Assembly (NCBI GenBank): GCA_000708835.1
Contig: DF237218.1
Location: 1 to 64,000 of the forward strand
DNA length: 64,000 bases
Source: Klebsormidium nitens
Taxonomy: Eukaryota > Plantae > Klebsormidiophyceae
Direction of reading: 5' to 3'
Position numbers and translations under genes: made by a program. Below are positions 47,641 through 58,700 of the stretch, piece by piece (position 1 is the stretch's first letter; the number at the start of each line of letters is the position of its first letter). The notes beneath the pieces were generated by a model, which had not been told where the DNA came from, searched no databases, and was given only the letters and a program-made list of their open reading frames with translations.

Positions 47641-50600
47641 TCACACACTCTTCTTCCGGCCTGGATTCATCAGCTTCTTTTCTCTCTGCACAAAGAAGAG
47701 GGCAGCTTGTTCAGTCCGTAGTTATTGCCGGCAACTCGGTGGCAGACACACGGTTTGCTTGGTTCGTAAATCTCCAGACCGACACAATATTGCGCATCGA
47801 CAACGAAAGGGAACAGAACTGAAAAGTCTGCTGTTCATGCTTCAAGGCGTTTAGGACTCAATGTGCTTCAACTTTACAAGCTGTGTAATCAGAACAATCG
47901 AAACGGCACCGTTCGGGGCTCAACTCGCCAGAATCAGAAGCGTCCCAAAGAAAACCCACGAGCTTGCGTCTAGCCACCGTGCTTCGACCTTGGGAACAAA
48001 AACCTTCAGACTGAAAGATGCACAAGGAAGACCGACTCTCGAATCTTGCAGTTTAGCGGGTTGGAGACCACAAATGTTTGAAGATCTCATCGCCTGTGTC
48101 GGCAGCAAGCGAACACCATACGGATGCCTCCTCGTTTCCGGTCGCCGCAAGTAGCTAATCCAGTGTTCCCTCATCCAAAGGAAACCCACCTTTTGTATCT
48201 TTCGCTCCTTTTTGGCGTCCGCCCGCTGCTTCAGATTCGTGTTCCGCTTCTCTTGCTTCGCCTCCACGGCCTTCCGGTCTTCCGCCTTCCGGCTCTTCCT
48301 GTAAGCCGGAAGTCTCTACAACGTGAGCAATCTGAAAGAATAGCAGAAAACGAGGCACGAAAAGCACTGTACCAAGTTGCGAGGCGAATACGGAACACAC
48401 CGTTCGGAAGAGCTTCCAGGCGCAACAAAGTGCCCCCTTTCGACTTCCCCAGGGATCGGCAGAATCACGTAGCAGGCTGACAACGGATCACACCTTCGCA
48501 TGCTTTGAGACGGTTCGACCCAGAAGACAACCGGCAGATGAGCAGAAGGCACAACATCCGGTCTTCGACATTCCAATTTTCGGCCTTCCGACCCTCCTTA
48601 GAGTGGGGGAAAGGTTAAGGTGGATGAAGAAGCAGAATAGTTGTTGCTGCGCTTACCACTTCTTTTGGCTGTGCTCCCGCTTCTTCTCCTCCGACTTGAT
48701 CGACTTTTTCAGCAGCTTCGGGTCGTCAAGAACCTGCAACAGCCCAATATTCCGACGTCAGGACTGGCGTCATTGCACAGCATCTTCAGATCGTGACGTC
48801 ATCCCCGCTCAGGATTGGACCACCTGACAAAGACAACATGGCACTGCACCACTGCGATGACGTCACTTTCCAGCGGCTTCCAGTGAATGCGAACGTCACC
48901 GTCGGGTCGTCTGAAGTCAGCAGTCCGAGCGCTCTCTTACGACCTCTCTAAATCCGCAAGCATCTGCCAACTTGATTGACAAATTTGGGGGCCTGAATAC
49001 CAACAAGTACGGCAAAAACTTTTGTCGAGGCCCGATTCGGAGGATTGCTTGCGCACACCGAAGGCATCTGGGAAGCACGTGGGAAGAACATAAAACTAGG
49101 ATAAAGGCATAAGGGATTCCGAGCATCACCCGTTCTATCGTAACATTATACAGAAATTCTCGAAACCCATGGTCAACAAGCACGCCGCCAACAGGCCGCT
49201 TCAGTTCATCATAAAAGGTTTGGAACTTTCAGGAGGACGGAAGGGCTCGCCTTCTCTCCCGAAGCTCTCTTCAGCGACGAAGTCCAGGCGTGCTTTGCTA
49301 GCTTCTCCTGTAAGCGAAAAGAAACAATTTAGTGGATACGGATTTTCAGAAGGGCGTAAAAGCGGTGGTGCCTTTACAATCGTCGGCGTCACCTGATAGG
49401 GTAAAAGCAAAGAGTGTGCCACGATAACTCTATCTTAAAAAGAAGACTATTGGTGCAATGACGCTAGGCGGAGTGTCAATGATGGGGCTTCTCAGAAGCA
49501 CGAAAAGTGACGCGGCTGAAAACAGAAAGAGAAAGGAGACGGCGGAATCGGTCGTACCTGGCCCTCCTTAGTGCCCGCCTTCTCTTTCAGCTCAGTCTGC
49601 AGAACGGTGGCCTGTAGAAGATAGAGGATAATTTAGGTGCTAATGATGACAATGCTTTGTACGACTGACGAGAAGCACTACATACCCGTTTTCTTAATCA
49701 AAATCAAGAAAGGAACGACGCTATTAATTGGACAGAAGGTTTGGAAGAATAAAATAACCGACGTAAAAATTTGATTTCTTCAAACATTTGGCAGACCAGA
49801 AACCATAGCAGTGCGCTGGTTCCACCATGCCTGAAAGGAAAAAGCATCGAAACACAACCAACAGGGAAGCGACAGCCTAGGCGTTAAAGCTGAGCTGGAC
49901 AGAGTCTTTGAAAAGCGGCCACCTAAAGAAGGCCATCAGAATGAGTTTTCAACTAATTACCAAGGGAGGTCGTACGAACATAAGCTCTTGTAACAAATCC
50001 CGGCCGCCGATTAGCAGCCCAATTAACGTAAAAAAGGCTTCCAACCCGGAAATTTTCAGAAACAATCATTTCCAACGGCCTCACGGCAGGGGTCAAAAGC
50101 TTTAGCACACTGTTGAAGTAGACTCATCGGAACGGAGTAGGGGGAATCCTGCAAGTGGTCCGAATCATCCACCCTTTCTGCAACTAGATTACTCAATGCG
50201 GCAAAGAATGCGGGTTTGCAGATGCAGGCTCCCAATCGAGATGTGACCAGAAAAGGGGCTTCTAAAGGAGTGGGATCTGAGCAACAGTTTGCAGTACCGG
50301 AAAAAAGAAGCATACATATCAAGAACGCCGACAGATTGATACTTTTGCAGTACCACATACACAAGAGCTCTAACCCATGACTTTGCTAACCAGACAACAG
50401 AATGGCGATGGTTAAGGACCCTAGAATTGCAGAAGCGAGCAGTCACCTTCTTCAGTAGGTCCTTCTTCTGTTCTCGCTTGCCCTTGGCCTTCTTCCCTTT
50501 CCTGTCTCCTTTGTCGTCTCCTATCTCGAGCTTGTTGAACTGGATTGAAGGGGTGGCAACCTCCTGCATGACAGAAGACGGGAGGGTTAGCTGCCGCTGA

Positions 50601-53600
50601 GGAATACAAGACCCAAAACTGATGCTGGCTGCCACTTTGATACGGATACGCTTACCAAAGAGTATCAGATAGAATCCATGAGAATGCAGATAAGGTGTGC
50701 AAGAGAAAGGGCTGCAGAGCGAGACCGGAGCTCGACTGACAATCCTGAACGGGACGATGGAGCGACGGAAAGCAATGACGCTAAGCGGGAGCAGAACAAC
50801 CAGAGCATTCTTCAAGAATCGTAAAGAAGCAAGGGATCCTGTGCACCCGTTGCTTCCAGACTCCTCTCTAACGGCGAGATTTCGCTTCCGCTATATTCGC
50901 TCGAAGGTGAGACCGGCCTTTTGTTTCTAACGAGTCAGCTCGCTTGAAGGCCTCAGATCAGTTTCAAGTCTTATAAGAACGTTCAAGTCCTCATGGCAAC
51001 ACTTTTGATCTTTTTGCTACCGCAGCCCCAGCGACAAGCACAGCGAAGAAACCTTTTGATTTTTCTAGGGGCGCCGTCCGTTCTGCCAAGGAATCAGCGC
51101 GGCACGCTGCAGGTCCAAGTACATTCTTCCTCTCAGAAGCCCGCTTCTAGGCAGTCTCCAATTTCCACCGCACAAATTCAGCTAAGCCAAATGGAGTCGC
51201 CTCATGACTCAAAATGGTGCATCCTCTAGGCCATCTCTCGCACCATAAGGGGCCAGTACCACTGATACTAGCGACTTACCTTGGATGGTTTTGCCTTTTT
51301 CGTTGGCCTGGCAACGCCCGCATCTGGCTCCACCTTCGGTATTTTACTCCCTTTTTCCGCTCCAACCTCCGATTTCACGCCCTCGTTCTCCTTCCGCTGT
51401 CCTTTCGTTTCAGCTACCTTTCCTTCACCCTTCCCCCCAGCTTTCCGCTTCTTATCGTTCTTCTTCTGATCACCGTCAAGCTTCGCAGGCCCCTTCCCGA
51501 TCGCAGCCTCGCTGTCCTCTCCTTTCACCCCCGCAACTTTCTTCTCCGCCCCCCCCTCGTCCCGTTTCCGCTTCTTCTCCTTCTCCCCTTTCTTCCTCTC
51601 TTTCCGTTCCTCCTCCATTTCCCGTCTCGCTTTCAGCGTTTCAATCCGCTCATGCAACCTCTGCTTCAACTCGGAATGCGTCGCCGCACCCCCCCCTGAT
51701 TCGCCCGAACCCGTGAGAACCCCGTTCTGAAACGCGACAGGAGCCTCGGGACCGGCGTTCGTTTCAGGAAGGGGGGCAACGGCGTCGGTCCCCCTGGCTG
51801 CGGCATCCTGCTGCGCCCTTTCCTTCTGAATCTCGAGATTGCTCTTGTAATTACTTGGGTCCAGCTGTAAGAGGGTACATGAGAAGACTTTCAAAAGATG
51901 GAGTAGAACAAAAAAGCAAACCTTTTAGACATGGCCTGATCAAAGCTGAGGAGCCCAGCCGAAAACTGACCCTCTTGGGAGGAGGCAGACAGACTCAATG
52001 AGCTTGAAAAGTCAAACTTTTGGACAGCATTCGATGTTGTCAGTCTCGGACAAGCTTTTGGTGAGTGCCTGGGTCGGAGTTCCTCAGAAGTTCATGAACA
52101 GATCCAACTTCAGAGAGACCAGTCTTGTATTGACACACATATATATCCCCCTTCAAGTCAATCGATCTGTGTCCACATGTTTGTATGCCCGAACCAGGGG
52201 CACCTTAGCGACCTTATCGACGTAACGCAGTATCAACCAGCAACCTCAGAGTCTGGCTAAGTTCACACGTTGTGCCAGCCTAATCTCTTGCCTAGCCCTT
52301 GCCCCAACCTTGTCTAACCAATGATGGCATGTCCAATTGCACCTTGCTAAGGCTTTGATAGGATTCAATTGAGAGCTTTGGAAAACATAAGGAGGGTCCT
52401 CAATCGGCCCCGGAACGAGAATACTGGAATAGGAATATCGGGATTTTTGGGCTCCAGGAATTGGAATATCGGGATTTTTTGGCCTAGGAATCGGAATATT
52501 TGGTTTTGAGAATTTTTTTTTCACGGAATATGGAATACTGCAAAATCTGTGCAGGAATCCGGGTAATTTGAATTCCTAAATCTCAAAAAGTTCTTGGAAT
52601 CTGGAATATTGGGGTGGCAAGGAATTGGAATATTGCCCAAAATCCATCGAGGAATATGGAATATCCAAAGTCATATATTCTCGTTCCGGGGCCGATTTGC
52701 ATTCGCACACTTTAAAGATCCGAAAGGAGGAAGAATTCCTTAAGAGAGAAGCCGTACGCCCCACCTTTGCTCTCTTTGCTTTCTTGACCCCCTCCTTGGC
52801 AGCAAGCTTGGCCTCCGGCGTTTTGTTCTTGTTGTGCATGTATTTCTGCACACAATCAGGAGAGAAAATCAGGTGTCAGAGGGACTTGGGAAACCACGAA
52901 TAGCGAGGGCAAGATGCGTCCTGCAAAGCGTCGAGCAAGTCACGCAAAAGGACAGCGAGAAAAGAGCAGGAAGCAAACCCAAGTGTGAATCAAAATTGCA
53001 GCAAACAGCAGAATGAGTTTGAGTTCCCCCTCTGATTCGGTGCATTGAATTATTATTACTATGTTCATTGGCGATAGAGTACTTGTCGCTGCCTGTCTTA
53101 CAGCGCCTTGACATCATCCTCCGGAGACCCGAGAATCTCGCGATGATTACTCAAACAAAAGAACAAAGAGCCTGCGCTTGAGCTGCGGAACTCTACTAAC
53201 CTCACCAATACTTCTAGAGATCCCATACACAGATTTCGTTCGCCTCCTAGAAAGCACTCCCGCAAAGAATCTTCCTATGGGTGTTAATATGTCAAACATG
53301 ACATGACTTCAGCATGACATATGTCCCAAAGGCTTACCCAGTTCAGTGCTTCATCTTCGTTCTCAAAGTAGAACTTGGCTGGCACCAGCTCCACCAGCTT
53401 GTCAAAGACTGGTTTAAACTTTTGGTCAAGGATAACCAGGGCAAAGAAGTGCACAGAGTGGAGATCTAGGTGCAATCAGAACAAAGAGACACTGAACATT
53501 CACGAGTGATTGTAAACGTCTGCGATAGTGAGACTCAATAAAAGTAGGAAGAAAATGCAAACGATACGAATGCGCCGCAAGATTGACCAAATTACGACAG

Positions 53601-54291
53601 AATGGTGGTCATGCTCTTTCTGCATCATTCTGGAGCAACCCGTGCAACTGTCAGCAGCTGAACCTGGAGTGGTTGCTTTCTGCCCATAAGAGTAATTCAA
53701 CTGAAAACAAACAAGATAGTAAATCGTTCCAAACCCTAACACACCACCACCACCTTTTTCCTCTCTCGTTTTGACACTCAATCTCAAGGGCTATGCCGTT
53801 TACTGCTCCTGGTGCCTAAGCATCATCCTCGCGTGTCAGGACACAGAGCGCTTCAATGGACCATAAGCCCATTCAGATTTTCATGAGAGCCATGGTTTGC
53901 AGCTAACCGAGCACAACAAATGCACACCCTTTTTGGAGCAGCATTCCGCTTTTCTTGCTGAAGAAACTACGAAGCGCTATTCACTGCATTTCGACCCATT
54001 ACCAGCATTACAGAACGGGAAAAGCGGAGCCAGGTTGCCAAACAGGAAAGAGAACCAATGGGTGCGAATGATCCTTCAATCACCACTAAGGCATCAACCC
54101 ATTTCCCTAGGTCAAAGATGGGACCGAAGCACTTTCAAGAAGTTGCATGAAAAAATGTGTCAACTTTCAAGAAGATGCATGAAAAGCTGTATCAAATCAA
54201 CGTTTGGAGTGGAAGGTAAATGTTCTCTAGAATGAAGGATACACAACGCGTCCTCATGAATCTTGCTTGCAGAGTTCGGCGCCGTCTCCAT
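47641..54291 (-). CDS. SURF6: SURF6 / Rrp14 nucleolar ribosome-biogenesis protein, 414 aa
   Basis: Exons 54291-54243, 53408-53338, 52845-52765, 51864-51280, 50563-50447, 49611-49558, 49307-49251, 48733-48657, 48298-48190, 47685-47641 (1245 nt). N-terminal IHEDALFFDKLVELVPAKFYF (Rrp14 N-domain), ELKQRLHERIETLK, and C-terminal HAWTSSLKRASGEKVLDDPKLLKKSIK...W...N (SURF6 domain). Highly K/E-rich. Confidence 0.88.
52402..52697. mobile_element. MITE-like TIR element (~296 bp) in SURF6 intron 3
   Basis: Perfect 22-bp inverted repeat AATCGGCCCCGGAACGAGAATA (52402-52423) and TATTCTCGTTCCGGGGCCGATT (52676-52697). The interior is built from about 7 GGAAT(N)GGAATA doublets. No clear TSD. Confidence 0.75.
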
Positions 54292-55725
54292 CTTGAGAGC
54301 TCTCCCCGGCATTATCTGCCCTGCCCGGGGGATTGCTCTGAGATCGCTGTCACTTGTTGAGGTGTGGAATGGTGGCACAGCAGCTAAAGCCTAAAGCGCT
54401 TTTGACAGTCGTTCCGAAACTTAAAGCTTCTGAAGTTCATCACAGAACACAGGACTCCAACGCCAGGCAAGCTGGATGCTGCTAACTAGAGGCACTGGCA
54501 GCTCGGAGACCATACCGTTACCGGATTGTACTACTTAGTGACTGACAGCTTGCGAGGCGGGGGGATCCCCCAGCTCAGGTAGACGGTGAGCTAGCAGTAG
54601 GAGTCGGTCACATGACCGACTCCTGCTGCATGCGACTCCATGGCATGCCGCCGGACATGTCACTGTCTGCACGACTGCACCATCAAGCCTGCAGGCTTGA
54701 TGGTAGCCGAGCTCGGTGGATGATCTGCATGAAGGCCGCCTTGCCAAGTTGCACTCAGCTGGTAAGAGATTGACCATCATACGGTACTAATACCAGGCTT
54801 GGCAAGAGCTGGAGCAGCTAGGCAGCCCAACATGCATTCAGTGTTTAAACAAGCACTTCGAGGCTTGCCAAATCAATGAGTTGTCGTATCCAGCGGGTCG
54901 TATTTAGGCAGGCGCTGGGTCGAGTCCTCGAGTCCTAGCTCGAAAGACATGCGCTCAGTGCATATGTCACCGCGAGGGCGGGCCCTGCGGTCTAGCATAA
55001 CAAGTGTAGAAGCTGAGCGTCACGTATGGGGCACGGAAGCGATCGCCCCAGCTCATTCTATAAATCAATGCATCAGTGCGACACGTATTGCATGCGACCG
55101 TTGGTCTGCATCCGGTGAACTTTCTATTGCGGAGCCTAGATCGACCGCCTGGCAAAACATCGTACAACTTATCCATATCGTTGAATGCGGCCGGGCCCGG
55201 CGCCGCATATATGCGTACTGGAATTATGGAGAAGTCCTCAGCCTGCACCGTACATGAAAGTGACTACCAAATCTCAATCGCATGAGGAGAGGATCCGCCA
55301 ATTAAGAAGTGGCGCACACATGCAACACGGGGTTGCAAGATTCGCGTCGACTTGTGTAGGGCTGAAAGGGGGCCGGGCTCTTCTCGAAGGTGAGAACAAA
55401 ACAAGTACTCAAACTTAAATATCAAATATGCATCGCCGTAGATTGTCCGCAACCGAAGACTTCACATTCAATTGGAACTGAGATTGAAATGGACGGAACA
55501 TAAAATCAAGCTGTCTGACCAGACCGTCCTCAATGTCTAATGGAGCTGCAACCTGATTATGTTGCAGGCTGGCGTCAACCTGTGGACTAAAGTCTCTCGG
55601 TCATCGGAACGGGCGCCAAGCCCTTTGCCGACTTTCACACACACAAGGGTTGGATTCCCTCAGGATCTAACGTACATCATGCTACACATTCTAATGGACC
55701 GGTGCCGTGCAGAGAGCGCAATATT

Positions 55726-58700
55726 CTAATCCCGGCCCACTGCATCAGCCGGGCAGTTCCGCCCGATAACTCTCGGCTTCCACACGCCCGCATGGGCCTC
55801 GGTAAACGGAATCCCCAACTGCCCACTGCTATTCAATCCCATCACCACGACCTCGCCTTTGAAGGTCCTTGCAACCGTATGCCGGAACCAACTGGCTGCT
55901 ATTTGTACAATCTTGTGGGGCCTCAAAACCTCCACTCTCCGCGGCTCAAGGGTTACTAAACCCCAGCCCTCCAAACCCAGCTCTCCGTAGAAGCAGCAGC
56001 CAAAGGAGTAGACCTCGCCCAAATCGCCCACCACGAAAGTGGTCAGGGCTCCAGCAGCGACCTGTAAAATAAAAAGGGGGTTCGATTTAACACTTGAATT
56101 AGCATATTTCGCGAGGTTTACATCGGTTTCCGGGAAACGGAACAAACTGCGGGTTCTCCTAAGGCGGCTCGATTTGACCAAAGAGATTGGCTGCCAATGC
56201 ACATGTGTCAAGAGCGCGGTGATCCACACTCCGACAATACGGAAAAGAACAAAGAATCTTTACGTCCGTCGGTTTCTTTTTAAAAATATGGTTCCGAAAA
56301 GTAAGTACTGTCAGGATCCGTCCAAACAACGCTCCGCTGCTCATACCCCCAACTGAGAGACAAACACAGTGTCCTTACGAGGACCGAGTAAGTAGATAGA
56401 ACGGGCAATTTGAGCTCACAAAGCTCCGCGCTTGCTGCTGCCAGCCCCCTCGCTCTTTTCCTTGCAGTTTCAGAACTCGAAAACTTACAGGCAGCTCTGC
56501 GTTGATTCTACTTATGCTGGCCGGATGCCTCCAATACCGCTTGGTTCACACCAAATGCTCCTCTTCCAAACGAAGACGGTCAACAAACTAGAGGCGATAA
56601 AACAGGAACAGCGTAATTACCTGCACTGGCCGAATGTTATCAATTCCCCGCAGCTCCTGAACCATTGCGTCCTCTTCTCTTGCGTCCCTGCTCCGGATTC
56701 CGTTGGGCGGAATGCCCCAGAGGAACACGCGGCCGTCGGCAGCGAGAGCAACGGAGTGATGCGCACCGGCCGCGACTTGCACGATGTGGGCGTCGAAGTG
56801 GTCGGCAAGGCGTGCGATGCGCTGAGGGGTCTCCTCGCATCTGCAGCGAAAAAACGACGTTTTAGTGTTTAGCGAGCTTCCTGATTTCGACAGCTTGAGG
56901 AATCTGGCTTCATCTTGACCTTAAATGCGCTCTCTTCATATGAAACGGTCAGCGAGGCAAGAGATGCGCGGAGAACTCTCCTCGCATCTGGAGGGAAAAA
57001 CCGCTTGTTATGGTTCAAGGAACTCCCGTTTTCATTCCTCCAAGATTTGCGCAGTTATTTTGACCTTGCACCCGCTTGATGCACTGGTTTTCTTGACTTC
57101 AATGGGCGTCAAAGTGGTCGGCAAGCCGCGAGATGCGTTGGAAAGTCTCCTTGCATCTGAAGAGGGAAAGATTAGTGTTATGTTCAAGAAAGTCCGTGAT
57201 ATCAAACTTCAAACTTCTTGGCGTGATCTTAGTCTTGCATCCCTCTGTAGTAAACAGCCTGCAGCTGAGGTTCCGAACGCCCTGCTCTTTGATGATAAGG
57301 AAGGGTTTCACTTTCTGCAACTTACAAACACTTCCCAAAGCTTACAACGCACTTTTCGAATACTGGGTTCTTGAAACAACGAGTGTCAAAAGGGATGGCG
57401 GAACGCAGGCGGGTATTTTGGTACAAGCCAAAGACAAAACCAGAAAAGACCCAAGAGCAGTCCGTGCCAAACGTTGCTCTAGGAAGCTCTTCCCGATTGC
57501 ACCCCTTAATACCCTGATCAATTGCAAGGGTCCCCAAGTTGTCAACGCTTTGCTTTCTTTTAATAGGACATGGCCGCAAACCTTGTTGTCGAAGATATAC
57601 CTCAAAATTTTGTCAGAGGGGCACCGGGGCAACGTAGCTCCAAAACTGTCGTACTCAGTCTAGCAAAACAGACTTCGGGTCTTCGGACAGCAAAGTCACA
57701 ACCTCTGGACTCTCGATTTGAGAAGACGCAAAAAGCAACCGCACCTGAAAACCCAAGGGACGCTTCCGTCGCCCCCATCCTTCGGTTCCGTTCCCCCCTG
57801 CCCTAGTTGCCCCTTCCCGCCCTCGCCCCACGCATACACCTCCCCCTTATCCGTTACCGCCAACATATGGTCCCACCCCGCAGAGATCTGCACGATGCGG
57901 ACGTCCGAAAGCGCTTGGACCATGAGGGGGACGTCCGAGAAGTGGGTCTCGGGGCCATGGCCTAGCATGCCCGTGGCGGACGTGCCGCTGGTGTAAACGC
58001 GCCCCTCGCGGCTGAGGAATGCGGTGACGGTTGCGCCGCACGCAACCTGCGCGAAAAAGAAGTTCTCAGCTTCAGAAACTAAAAAGTTCTGGGCTTATGC
58101 ATCTTCGAAGGGCAAGCAACTGATGATAATTCGGGGAGCTTTTGTGACTTGAGTTCGGCTGTGCGTCTATATGGCTGCTCAGAGCGGGGTGGGAAGCAGG
58201 GCAGAAAAGATAAAAACAGAAGATGCAGCCTAAGCAGAAAGCTGTCGTGAACGTTGTTAGAAAAAGGATTGGAAAGAGCGACAGAGATGTTTGCATCTGC
58301 CACACCCGAGAGAGGAGGCCAAAACCATTTTTTTTAAAATCTATGTACGACAGACTCGACTCGCTGCAAGTAAGGCACAGAGAACCGTATGTACTTCCAA
58401 ACTCGACCAGCATACCGCAAACATGTTTCTGCAATAGAACACAACAAACCAATGACGTGGCTTCTGAACAAACCAACGACGTGGCTTCTGACAACCAATG
58501 CCCGCTTCAACAAATTCCACTAGCGGAGTCACCTGCGCTATGGGGATGCCTGCAAGTGCTGTCACAGGCTGTGGCAGCACAACGTCCTCCTGTCCGGGAA
58601 TCCCCAGGCACCCCTGCTCGTTCTTTCCAAAACTGTACACGTCACCCTCCGACGTCACTGTGACGACAGACCCCGGGCCGGCGGCTACGCAAGCGATCCT

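Noticed and set aside
53731-53738. Telo-box AAACCCTA in SURF6 intron 1
   Set aside because: It fits the known telo-box link to ribosome-biogenesis genes, but one 8-mer about 550 nt into the gene is not distinguishable from chance.
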